Part shown: in pieces, positions 40,013 through 48,844 of the stretch | Layout of the letters: each line of letters opens with the position of its first letter | Numbering within the stretch: the first letter of the stretch is position 1 | Source: an uncultured Acidobacteriaceae bacterium | GTDB taxonomy: Bacteria > Acidobacteriota > Terriglobia > Terriglobales > Acidobacteriaceae | NCBI GenBank assembly: GCA_963750245.1 | Contig: CAVVQB010000009.1 | Span: 160 to 64,159 of the forward strand | DNA length: 64,000 nt | Reading direction: 5' to 3' | Program-made: the position numbers and the translations under genes | The notes under the pieces: generated by a model | What the model saw: only the letters and a program-made list of their open reading frames with translations | What the model was told of the DNA's origin: nothing | The model's database searches: none

Positions 40013-42352
40013 ATGCGGATCCTCACCCGCTATATTCTTCGCGAAGTCAGCTCGCACGCACTCATCGGCGCGGCCATCTTTACCTTCGTTTTGTTCACGC
40101 GCGACCTGGGACGCATTCTGGAACTGGTGGTTCGGGCCAGCGCGCCGCTGCCCAGCGTGGCCCAGATTTTCTTCTACACCGTTCCCCTCGCCCTCACCTA
40201 CACCATCCCGATGAGCGTTCTGGTGGGGATTCTTATCGGGCTGAGCCGCCTTGCCGCCGATAGTGAAATCACCGCCATGCGGGCGAGCGGCATGGGAGTC
40301 TGGAACTTTGGCCGGGTGCTGGCGATTTTTGTGGTGGCTGCGTGGCTGCTTGCTCTGGGCAACGGAATTTACCTGGCTCCTTACTCGCTGGCATCACTGG
40401 GACGGCTGGAGGATCAACTCAAAGGCTCGCAGGTTTCTTTTGAAGTGCAGCCTCGAGTCTTTTACGAAGGCTTCCCCAAGATCGTGCTCTACGTGCAGGA
40501 TGTGCATACGGCGCAGGGAGCCGCGATCTGGAAGGGTGTGTTCCTGGCGGACATCTCCGATGCCGCCAATCCGCGCATTACGCTGGCGCATGAAGGCATT
40601 CTTGTTCCGGAGGGACAGGATCGGCTGCATCTGCATTTGATCGATGGGTCGACCCACGAGACTGATCCCAAACTCGCGGACCACTATCAGATTTCTACTT
40701 TTCAGCAAACTGACATCCCGCTGGATTTGCCTTCGACGGAAAACAGGGCGGATGAGCAAGTCCCGGTGGGACTGGTAAGTACCGGAGCGTTGCGTGATTA
40801 TGCGCGCCATGTCGATCCGGTATCGGCGCGGTGGTACCTGATTGAATTTCACCGGCGCTTTGCGCTGCCCACGGCTTGCCTGGTGCTGGCGATGGTTGGA
40901 ATCCCGCTGGGGCTGTCGTCGAAGAAAAGCGGAAAGTCGGGCGGGTTCGTTCTGACTATTGCGCTGGTTTTCATTTATTACTTTGTCTCGCTGATCGGAG
41001 TGTCGCTGGCGCGACAGGGCAAGGTCGGTCCGATGCTGGGAGCGTGGCTGGCGAATATTGCGTTCTTTGTGGCGGGAGCAATTCTGTTATGGCAAGCGGA
41101 ACGGCGGCCGATTGCGCTTTCGGCGTTTCGTATTCGGCTGTGGGGCAAGCGAGACGATCATCGTTCCAACGGGCATGTCCCCACATTCCGCCTGGGACGG
41201 CGGGACAGCGCCAACGCCTTCGAGCGCGCCTCGACGCGCCGCCGCGTTTTTAGCGCAAGCTTTCCTACCCTGCTGGATGATTACGTGCTGCGCGATTTCT
41301 TCGTCTACCTGGGAATGATTCTTTCCGCATTCCTGGTGCTCCTGCTGGTGTTTACGCTGTTCGAGTTGCTGAGCGACATCCTGCGCAACCAGACACCTTT
41401 TCTGGTGGTGGCGGAATATCTTCTCAACGTCGCTCCTTACCTGCTTTACAGCGTGGCTCCGCTCATCATGTTGCTAGCGGTGCTGATCACGTTTGGATTG
41501 ATGAACCGCTCCAACGAGATTACGGCGATCAAAGCCACGGGAACCAGCATCTATCGCATTGTTACGCCGGTGCTGGTGGCGGCCGCGATGCTGGCGGCGG
41601 GATTATTTTTCGCCGACCAGTTTTACCTGCCTCGAACGAACCAGCGCCAAGAAGCGCTGCACAACCAGATCAAAGGCAAGCCGGCGCAAACTTATCTGCG
41701 TCCCGACCGCAAATGGATTTTCGGGCAGCACAACGACATTTACTATTACCAGTTCTTCGATCCCGACCGCGATCAGTTCGCCAATGTCACCATCTTTCAG
41801 ATCGATCCGGCAAGCTTCTCCATTGCGCAGCGCATCCATGCCGATTCTGCGCACTGGGCCGACAATCTGAATCGCTGGATTTTCGAGCGAGGGTGGCATC
41901 GATCATTGAATGGACCGGCCATCGCCGGCTTCCGCACGTTCGAGGTCTCCACTTTCCCGGAACTGAGCGAGGCACCGTCGTATTTCAAGAAGGAAGTGAA
42001 ACAGTATTCCGAGATGAACTATGAGGAGTTGCGGCGCTACATCCGCGACCTTCAACAAAGCGGCTTTGACGTGGTGCGGCTGCGGGTGCAACTGAACAAG
42101 AAGCTTTCTTTCCCCATGATCACCCTGATTATGGCCGTGCTGGCGATTCCGTTTTCTTTATCGGCATCGAAAAAAGGCGCAATTACAGGGGTGGCGGTCG
42201 CGGTGGGCATTGCAGTGATTTATACGGTAGTGTCGCGACTGTTCGAGGCTATGGGAGATCTCAGCCAGCTGCCGCCGGCGCTGGCGGCATGGTCGCCCGA
42301 CCTGATTTTCGCGCTCGTGGGCGCTTACATGATTCTGAAGATTCCCACTTGA
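40013..42352 (+). CDS. Fused LptF-LptG (YjgP/YjgQ) lipopolysaccharide export permease
   Basis: The N-terminal half 'MRILTRYILREVSS...ADSEITAMRASGMGV' is LptF-like. The second half 'LLDDYVLRDFFVYLG...RSNEITAIKATGTSIYR' is LptG-like. Both lie in one uninterrupted 779-aa ORF. Confidence 0.8.
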   Translation: MRILTRYILREVSSHALIGAAIFTFVLFTRDLGRILELVVRASAPLPSVAQIFFYTVPLALTYTIPMSVLVGILIGLSRLAADSEITAMRASGMGVWNFGRVLAIFVVAAWLLALGNGIYLAPYSLASLGRLEDQLKGSQVSFEVQPRVFYEGFPKIVLYVQDVHTAQGAAIWKGVFLADISDAANPRITLAHEGILVPEGQDRLHLHLIDGSTHETDPKLADHYQISTFQQTDIPLDLPSTENRADEQVPVGLVSTGALRDYARHVDPVSARWYLIEFHRRFALPTACLVLAMVGIPLGLSSKKSGKSGGFVLTIALVFIYYFVSLIGVSLARQGKVGPMLGAWLANIAFFVAGAILLWQAERRPIALSAFRIRLWGKRDDHRSNGHVPTFRLGRRDSANAFERASTRRRVFSASFPTLLDDYVLRDFFVYLGMILSAFLVLLLVFTLFELLSDILRNQTPFLVVAEYLLNVAPYLLYSVAPLIMLLAVLITFGLMNRSNEITAIKATGTSIYRIVTPVLVAAAMLAAGLFFADQFYLPRTNQRQEALHNQIKGKPAQTYLRPDRKWIFGQHNDIYYYQFFDPDRDQFANVTIFQIDPASFSIAQRIHADSAHWADNLNRWIFERGWHRSLNGPAIAGFRTFEVSTFPELSEAPSYFKKEVKQYSEMNYEELRRYIRDLQQSGFDVVRLRVQLNKKLSFPMITLIMAVLAIPFSLSASKKGAITGVAVAVGIAVIYTVVSRLFEAMGDLSQLPPALAAWSPDLIFALVGAYMILKIPT

Positions 42353-42390
42353 TCGCTTGACGCAGCGGCACGAGACTACTTCACTGCTAC

Positions 42391-43608
42391 TCACTTCACT
42401 GCTATACCCCAGGGAAAGTTATCGGTCTGGATTGGGGCTTGGGGAATCAGCGCTCCGGTGGAAGGCGTGATGGCATATTGCGAGAGGTTGGCGGAGTTCA
42501 GATTCGTCACGAACAGCCAGCTATCATCGCTGCGGATGGCCATCGATGTGGGATAGCCAGTGGGCCCGCTAGTGGCAACCGGAGTAGGACTGAGAGGTGT
42601 CAGGCTGCCGGTGGTAGTACTGACTTTAAACGCTGAGATGGAGCCACCTGTTGTGTTCAGCACATATAGGAAATTTGCAAACGCGTCCATCAGCAAAGGC
42701 CCCGGGTTACTGCGCGTAGTAGCAAGAGTGCCGCTAACCGGGAGCAGGCTGAAGTCAGCGTTGGGACAAGTCGGCAACGAAATGCTATTGCAGATGGTGA
42801 AAGCGCTGACCGTATCGTCATTCGAGTTCGAGACGTAAACGAACCGATTACAGGGGTCGACGGTCACTCCCGAAGGCACCGTACCGGTAACATTTTCTGA
42901 AACTGCCGTGAGGACACCTGCGGATGAAACAGAATAGTTCAGCACGACGTAGTTCGTTTTATCCGTGACGTAAAGATTCTCCGTGGTGGGAGGAACATTG
43001 CCCGAGCAAGCGGCGAAGGCGGGAGGATAGACGGTTGGGCTGATCGCGAGTGCGGAAGGACTCGGAGTCTGACCCTGCGTGACGCCGCCAGGCAGCTCCT
43101 GCACGGTGAAAGGCGAGCCCGCCACTTCGGTCAGGGCGCCACCACTTCCGACGGCGAGCACGGACACGGCGGGTGGAGTGGAGTCAGCGACGAAAAGAAA
43201 TTTTCCGGCCGAATCCATCACCATCGCCAGCGGCGTAACGCCGCCGTTCAAGGTATAGGTTGTTCCCGATCCCAATTTGCCGTCCGACGCGATCTGAAAG
43301 GATTCAATTCCCGTGGCGCTGTTATTAACCGCCGTACTCTGGTAGATCATCACGTACGCATAGGCGCCGGCTGGATCGAGGACCACGGCGGTTGGTTGTC
43401 CGTTCGTGGGCGGGCCGGCGGTATTGAAGATCTGCGTGGTGTGCCCGTTGCCCAGATCAAGGCTGAAGGTATCCATATCGGCGTTGCCCTGGGTAGAGAC
43501 CACGACCAGCCCGTTGTTGGAAGACGAGTACTTCGTGCTACACGCCAGCAGCAACGCCACCGAAATCAGAGCTGCGACTGCCAAAATCCAGGTAAACCTA
43601 GTCCGCAT
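42391..43608 (-). CDS. Lipoprotein, 7-bladed beta-propeller lactonase-like (PF10282-like repeats)
   Basis: Lipobox 'VALLLAC|S'. Repeated 'FLFVADS..VSVLAV', 'RFVYVSNSNDDTVSAFTI', 'NFLYVLNTTGGSISAFKV' and 'WLFVTNLNSANLSQYAI' blades. Confidence 0.7.
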   Translation of the reverse strand: MRTRFTWILAVAALISVALLLACSTKYSSSNNGLVVVSTQGNADMDTFSLDLGNGHTTQIFNTAGPPTNGQPTAVVLDPAGAYAYVMIYQSTAVNNSATGIESFQIASDGKLGSGTTYTLNGGVTPLAMVMDSAGKFLFVADSTPPAVSVLAVGSGGALTEVAGSPFTVQELPGGVTQGQTPSPSALAISPTVYPPAFAACSGNVPPTTENLYVTDKTNYVVLNYSVSSAGVLTAVSENVTGTVPSGVTVDPCNRFVYVSNSNDDTVSAFTICNSISLPTCPNADFSLLPVSGTLATTRSNPGPLLMDAFANFLYVLNTTGGSISAFKVSTTTGSLTPLSPTPVATSGPTGYPTSMAIRSDDSWLFVTNLNSANLSQYAITPSTGALIPQAPIQTDNFPWGIAVK

Positions 43609-43779
43609 TCTTCGCTTTGTCTCCTGTGAACGTGCCGATGCACACTCCGGCAGTCACTTACCGGCTCAAGACTCTTTGTGAAAGGCGTGAATTGCCATCC
43701 ATTTATGTATCAGGAATGGGCGGGAAGAGCAAACGGCCCCAAGCTCATTGGAACCGCGGACGAGGCTGGGAGTTGCCTG

Positions 43780-43864
43780 GAAAGCAGTGATCAGGGGTCA
43801 GTAGGCAGTGGTCAGTTCGCGCTTGAGTTGATTTAGCTGGTCACTGATCACTGGACACTGACCA
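43780..43864. repeat. Two blocks of tandem heptanucleotide repeats: GAAAGCA GTGATCA GGGGTCA GTAGGCA GTGGTCA, a 22-nt spacer, then CTGGTCA CTGATCA CTGGACA CTGACCA
   Basis: Read directly from the intergenic sequence. Nine 7-mers with consensus (G/C)TGRNCA. Confidence 0.7.
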
Positions 43865-43876
43865 CTTCTTTTCTGC

Positions 43877-45292
43877 TTAGGCTTCTTGTTCTGCTGGAAT
43901 GGGTTCGGACAACTTCGCTGCTTGGTGGCCGTTGGCGGCTAGCGGAAGATGAATCTCGATCAGAAGTCCGCCCTCCGGGCGGTTAAAAGCAGCAACACTT
44001 CCGCCATGAAAGCGCACTGCTCGTTCTGTGATCGCCAGACCGAGACCGACTCCGCCGGTTTGTCGACCGCGATCATCGTCAAGGCGATAGAAGGGTTGGA
44101 ATAGCTTTTCCAGCGCGTCGGAGGGGACACCCGATCCGCAGTCCGTGACACTCACCACCGCTTCCGCGCTGTCGGAGTTTTCTTTTCTCTCAAGGTGGAT
44201 CTCGACGGTTGTGCCTTCGCGGGTGTAACGGATGGCGTTGCGCACGACGTTCTCGATGGCGCTGTGCAGCAGTGAAGCTTCTCCGCGCACTCCCCAATCG
44301 CCCGCCGGGATATTGCTGCGCACATGGCAGTGCCGAGCCTGCGCCTCGAATTCCGCATCCTCGGCCACGTTGAGCACCACTTCGTCGAGAAGAACCGGGG
44401 TGGACGGAACGCGTTGCTCGCCATCCTCCAGCCGTGCCAGGGTAAGGAGGCGGCCAATCAGTTCGTTCAGGCGGCTCGCTTCGAGTTCGATGCGCTCGAG
44501 CATGCTGGCGCTCTCGGGCCCGGAGCGCTGCCGGGCCAGGCCGAGCGCAACGTTCAGACGCGCCAGCGGAGACCGCAACTCGTGGGAGATATCGTTCAGC
44601 AGACGGGACTGCGCTTTTACCAGATTCTCCAGCCGGCTGGCCATAGTGTCGAAATCCCGGACCAGGCCTGCGATCTCATCCCGCCTTCGGCTGCCGAAAT
44701 TTCCGGCGCGCGCGGTTAGATTGCCAGCGGCAATTTGCTGAGTAGCAGCCCGCAGACGGGTCACCGGCTTGGTCATGGACCAGGCCAGGAAATAGCAAAC
44801 GAGGCCGGAAGAAAGTACGGCAATGATCAAGCCCGGCATCGGAATTCCCCACGGTCCGAAAAACACGCGAGGTCCCGGTGGCAACTCCATTGCGATGGTG
44901 TACAAATGGCGTCCATCGCTGGAAGCTCTGGATTCGGTGAGGATTTGCGGACGAGGAAAAATCATCCCAGGATGCGGCGGAAGCGGCTTACCCGCAGCCA
45001 CGTGCTCCGCCCAACCCTGGCTGGAGCGTCCTGATATCTCATTTCCCTGCTCATCGAAGACGTAAGCCCGCACGTGGTGTGTGTGCTGCAGATTCTCCAG
45101 GTATTCATGCGCTTGCTGCGTTCCGCCATGCTCGTAAGCGCTTATCGCCTCGGTGAGAGCCGTGGTACGCAGCGCGTCCCAGGTCGAATTGCGCTGCGGG
45201 CGAAAGGCCAGCATTACCAGGATCGCCAGCACGATAAACAGTGCCTGAGCCAACCAGAAGGAAAGAAATATCTTGAGGAAGAGGCTCTTCAT
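43877..45292 (-). CDS. Sensor histidine kinase, CpxA/EnvZ-like (2 TM, HAMP, HisKA, HATPase_c)
   Basis: H-box 'LLNDISHELRSPLARL', N-box 'VVRNAIRYT' and G-boxes 'DCGSGVP' / 'GGVGLGLAI'. Confidence 0.88.
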   Translation of the reverse strand: MKSLFLKIFLSFWLAQALFIVLAILVMLAFRPQRNSTWDALRTTALTEAISAYEHGGTQQAHEYLENLQHTHHVRAYVFDEQGNEISGRSSQGWAEHVAAGKPLPPHPGMIFPRPQILTESRASSDGRHLYTIAMELPPGPRVFFGPWGIPMPGLIIAVLSSGLVCYFLAWSMTKPVTRLRAATQQIAAGNLTARAGNFGSRRRDEIAGLVRDFDTMASRLENLVKAQSRLLNDISHELRSPLARLNVALGLARQRSGPESASMLERIELEASRLNELIGRLLTLARLEDGEQRVPSTPVLLDEVVLNVAEDAEFEAQARHCHVRSNIPAGDWGVRGEASLLHSAIENVVRNAIRYTREGTTVEIHLERKENSDSAEAVVSVTDCGSGVPSDALEKLFQPFYRLDDDRGRQTGGVGLGLAITERAVRFHGGSVAAFNRPEGGLLIEIHLPLAANGHQAAKLSEPIPAEQEA

Positions 45293-46032
45293 GAACTGAC
45301 TTTCGCTTTTTCCTTTTCCCCTACCTTCTCACGGGGACGCGCAAAGATGTAGCCCACGCCGCGGATGGTCTTGATGTGCTCGTCACTGTCGGTATCGCCG
45401 AGTTTCTTGCGCACTTTGCTGACGTGCATATCGATGCTGCGGTCGAACGGAGAAAACTTGCGGCTGAGCACGGCATTCACCAGGCGCTCGCGTGGAACGA
45501 CGCGTCCTGCCTCACGAAGCAGAACCTCCAGGAGGTTAAATTCCACCGAGGTCAACTCGACGGGCTGGCCATCACGACGCACGCTGCGGGTGGCGGGATC
45601 CAGTTCGATCTCGCCGACTCGCACGATCTCAGGCGCGGCCGGAGATGACTTATCGCCACGCGTACGGCGGAGCACGGCGCGGATGCGGGCTACAAGCTCT
45701 CTGGGATTAAAAGGCTTGGGCAGATAATCGTCGGCGCCGATCTCCAGACCGACGATGCGGTCGACGTCTTCTCCCCTGGCAGTCAGCAAAAGTACGGGAA
45801 GGCGCGAGGTGGCGCGAATGCGGCGCAGGACTTCGAAACCGTTAATGCCGGGCAGCATTACATCGAGGATCACCAGCAGGTAGCCGCCGCCGGCGGCGCG
45901 TTGCAGTCCACTTTCACCATCATGAGCGGCTTCCACGACAAACCCCTCGGCCTGGAGGTATTCAGCCACCAGAGTACAGAGCTCGACGTCATCGTCGATG
46001 ACCAGAATGCGTTCCATGTTTCTGGTTTTCAT
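45289..46032 (-). CDS. OmpR/PhoB-family response regulator (CpxR-like)
   Basis: Receiver 'ILVIDDDVELC...LVILDVMLPGINGFEV'. Winged helix 'RSIDMHVSKVRKKL...IKTIRGVGYIF'. 4-nt ATGA overlap with the kinase gene. Confidence 0.9.
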   Translation of the reverse strand: MKTRNMERILVIDDDVELCTLVAEYLQAEGFVVEAAHDGESGLQRAAGGGYLLVILDVMLPGINGFEVLRRIRATSRLPVLLLTARGEDVDRIVGLEIGADDYLPKPFNPRELVARIRAVLRRTRGDKSSPAAPEIVRVGEIELDPATRSVRRDGQPVELTSVEFNLLEVLLREAGRVVPRERLVNAVLSRKFSPFDRSIDMHVSKVRKKLGDTDSDEHIKTIRGVGYIFARPREKVGEKEKAKVSS

Positions 46033-46083
46033 TGTGCACCAACCGAGCCAGGACTCGGGTAAAGAATTGTCAAATAGGGTCCG

Positions 46084-46128
46084 TTTACTCGTGACAAAAC
46101 TTTACTCGGATTTACTCAGGTTTTACTA
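46084..46128. promoter_or_regulatory. Four direct TTTACTC/TTTACTA repeats (GTAAA on the complementary strand) with 10-11 bp phasing. CpxR-box-like operator in the divergent promoter.
   Basis: TTTAC occurs at 46084, 46101, 46111 and 46122. The 46101/46111 pair is TTTAC-N5-TTTAC, the complement of the E. coli CpxR consensus GTAAA-N5-GTAAA. Confidence 0.6.
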
Positions 46129-46221
46129 CTTTCCGCTTCGAATCGTGTTCCTATGAGTGTACGCAAAAGAGCCGAGTTTCCGAAATTTGATGAAGGAGCC
46201 GCTCTGAAGGAGCAAAGATTT

Positions 46222-46719
46222 ATGAAGTCGATTCGAGTTCGTTTGCTGATTGCGGCGTTGGCAGTATTGCTGGGCGGTGCACTGGCTAAATCACAAACCG
46301 CGGATACGCTTCCGCCTCCGGCCCCTCATGGCCATGGCCCTGGATTCGGCATGGATCGTCACATGATGGAGTTCTACGCAAAGTTTTTGAACGTGACCGA
46401 TGACCAAAAGACCCAAATGAAAGCGGTCATGCAGAAGGAGCGGGCCACGGTGAAGCCGTTGATGCAGCAACTTCACCAGCTGGACCAGCAACTCAAGCCC
46501 TATGAGGAAGGCACCTATGACGGCGCGAAGGTGCAAGCCGCAGTGACCGAGCAGGCGCAGACGCTGGTGCAACTGAAGGTGGAGGAAACGCGGATTCACA
46601 ACGAACTCTATCAACTGCTCACGCCCGACCAGCAGAGCAAGCTGAAGGAGTTCGAGGCCAACCGGGCAGCGCGTATGCAGCAACGCACGCAGAGCGCTCC
46701 GGCGGTTGACCAGAACTAA
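46222..46719 (+). CDS. Periplasmic Spy/CpxP-family (LTxxQ) protein
   Basis: GAAGGAG precedes the ATG at 46222. Signal peptide 'MKSIRVRLLIAALAVLLGGALA'. 'NVTDDQKTQM' and 'LLTPDQQSKLKEF' are LTxxQ-type motifs. Confidence 0.75.
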   Translation: MKSIRVRLLIAALAVLLGGALAKSQTADTLPPPAPHGHGPGFGMDRHMMEFYAKFLNVTDDQKTQMKAVMQKERATVKPLMQQLHQLDQQLKPYEEGTYDGAKVQAAVTEQAQTLVQLKVEETRIHNELYQLLTPDQQSKLKEFEANRAARMQQRTQSAPAVDQN

Positions 46720-46829
46720 AAGACTGGCTTCGAGGTCTTCTTGTTGCGGGGGTGGGTTAACTAAGCGGCGGGCCTACAAATCTCCTGGGGCCCGTCGCTG
46801 GTTGCGGTCTCCGCTCGAAGGATGATGTT

Positions 46830-46979
46830 ATGGATTTGGAACAAGTCTTGATTTTCGATGTGGGATGGGTCTTCTTCGCCGCCTGGGGGGTGGTGCTTGC
46901 GACGGTAAGCGTGATCGCCTTTGGGCGAGATATTGCGGCGTTCTTCCCACGGCTCAGCCGACAATCGAACCGCCGTTAG
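46830..46979 (+). CDS. Candidate small membrane protein (49 aa), below the ORF-track size cutoff
   Basis: The ATG at 46830 follows GAAGGAT. 'MDLEQVLIFDVGWVFFAAWGVVLATVSVIAFGRDIAAFFPRLSRQSNRR*' has one clear TM helix and a basic tail. It lies upstream of the ABC exporter. Confidence 0.35.
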   Translation: MDLEQVLIFDVGWVFFAAWGVVLATVSVIAFGRDIAAFFPRLSRQSNRR

Positions 46980-47097
46980 GCCTGACACGGATTAAGGCGC
47001 TCCTGCCGTCGGTGCGCCGTCGCTGTCTCAAGGCGATCCGGGCGTCCCTCCGGAAGTTTGATCCCGCCCCTGCTAGAATTTCATCTACCACCCATTC

Positions 47098-48837
47098 ATG
47101 ATTCCGAAGAGCATGCGACCGCTGCTGCCTTATCTCAAGCGCTATCGCTGGGGATTTGTGGTTGGCGCCGTGTGCATTGTGTTGAGCAATGGCGCCCAGG
47201 CGGGACTGCCAAGAGTGATCGGGAACGCCGCTCAGAGCCTGGCAAGCGGGGTCAACCGGCACAAGCTTTTGATTTTTACGCTGCAGGTGCTGGGGCTGGC
47301 GGTGATTCGCGGCATCTTTCTGTTTCTGACGCGCTGGATTGTGATCGGCATCTCGCGCGACATTGAGTTCGATCTGCGCAACGATCTTTTTACCCACCTG
47401 GAAACGCTCTCTTACTCCTATTACCAGCGCATGCGCACTGGCGACATCATGGCCAGGATGACCAATGATTTGAACGCGGTTCGCATGCTGATGGGTCCGG
47501 CCATCATGTATTCGGCGAACACGCTGGTGTTTACGGCTTTGGCCCTGTGGTACATGGTGCACAACAGTCCAAAACTGACTCTGTACGCGTTTCTGCCGCT
47601 GCCCGTTGTCAGCGTTACGATTCAGTATTTCGGACGGCGCATTCACGAACGCTTCGAAAGAATCCAGGCGATGTTCTCCGACATTTCGGCTCGGGCGCAG
47701 GAAAACTTTTCGGGAGCGCGAGTGATTCGCGCTTATGTGCAGGAAGAGGCGGAAATTGCGTCTTTCGAAGCGGCCAACCAGGAGTATGTTGCGCGCAGCC
47801 TGAAACTGGTGCGGCTTATGGGCATGCTCTGGCCTACGCTGGAGTTCATGCTTGGGCTGGCATTGGTGCTGGTGTTGTGGATCGGCGGCCGCGAAGTTTT
47901 GGCCGGGCGCATGGAGATCGGCGCGTTCACCGCATTCAACATTTATATGATGCAACTCACGTTTCCGATTATCGCTCTGGGCTGGGTGGTGAACATCTTC
48001 CAACGGGGCACGGCATCGCTGGTGCGTCTGAATGAAATTATGCAGGAACGGCCCGAAATTAAGGATGAAGCCAACGCGCAAGCCCGGCAATTGGAAGGAG
48101 AAATCGAATTTCGCGGCCTCAATTTTAACTACGACGGCAAGCAAGTGCTGCATCACTTGAACCTGCGGATTCCAGCGGGCAGCAGCATGGCGATCGTGGG
48201 TCCGACGGGCTCGGGAAAAAGCACGCTGGTCAATCTGATTCCGCGGATTTACGACGCGGCGCCGGGGATGGTGCTGGTGGATGGGCGGCCGATCCGCGAC
48301 TTTTCTCTGGCTTCGCTGCGGCAGAATATCGGCTTTGTGCCGCAGGAGACATTTTTGTTCAGCGACCGCATCCGGGAGAATATTGCGCTGGGTATTGAAT
48401 CAGCCAGCGATCAGGAGATTCACGAAGCAGCCGAAGCGGCGAACATTGCGGCCGACATCGAAGGCTTTCCCGACGGCTATCAAACCATGGTCGGCGAACG
48501 CGGCATCACGCTTTCGGGAGGGCAAAAGCAGCGCACCGCGATCGCCAGAGCGTTGATCCGCAATCCGCGAATTTTGATTCTGGATGACGCGCTCTCCAGC
48601 GTGGACACGCACACGGAAGATAAAATTCTCAATCATCTGCGCGAAGTGATGCAGGGCCGCACGACCATCTTCATCTCCCATCGCGTTTCCACCGTGCGCA
48701 ATGCGGACCGCATCGCCGTGCTGCACAGCGGCCGGATCGTAGAACTGGGAACGCATGACGAACTGCTCGCCTTGAACGGCTATTACAGCGACCTGTATAA
48801 CAAGCAATTGCTGGAAGAGGAACTGGCAGAAGTCTAG
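47098..48837 (+). CDS. ABC exporter, fused permease/ATPase (MsbA/multidrug type)
   Basis: Six-TM N-terminal half. Walker A 'GPTGSGKST', signature 'LSGGQKQR' and Walker B 'ILILDDALS'. Confidence 0.9.
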   Translation: MIPKSMRPLLPYLKRYRWGFVVGAVCIVLSNGAQAGLPRVIGNAAQSLASGVNRHKLLIFTLQVLGLAVIRGIFLFLTRWIVIGISRDIEFDLRNDLFTHLETLSYSYYQRMRTGDIMARMTNDLNAVRMLMGPAIMYSANTLVFTALALWYMVHNSPKLTLYAFLPLPVVSVTIQYFGRRIHERFERIQAMFSDISARAQENFSGARVIRAYVQEEAEIASFEAANQEYVARSLKLVRLMGMLWPTLEFMLGLALVLVLWIGGREVLAGRMEIGAFTAFNIYMMQLTFPIIALGWVVNIFQRGTASLVRLNEIMQERPEIKDEANAQARQLEGEIEFRGLNFNYDGKQVLHHLNLRIPAGSSMAIVGPTGSGKSTLVNLIPRIYDAAPGMVLVDGRPIRDFSLASLRQNIGFVPQETFLFSDRIRENIALGIESASDQEIHEAAEAANIAADIEGFPDGYQTMVGERGITLSGGQKQRTAIARALIRNPRILILDDALSSVDTHTEDKILNHLREVMQGRTTIFISHRVSTVRNADRIAVLHSGRIVELGTHDELLALNGYYSDLYNKQLLEEELAEV

Positions 48838-48844
48838 CTGGCTC

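Noticed and set aside
43780-43864. Heptamer repeat blocks, considered as a CRISPR array or MITE
   Set aside because: The units are 7 nt with no spacers, so this is not a CRISPR array. There are no terminal inverted repeats or target-site duplication of MITE type. It is reported instead as a tandem repeat.
46954-48156. 400-aa minus-strand ORF
   Set aside because: It lies opposite the ABC exporter, which has Walker A/B and signature motifs. Its translation is His/Arg/Gln-rich with no motifs.
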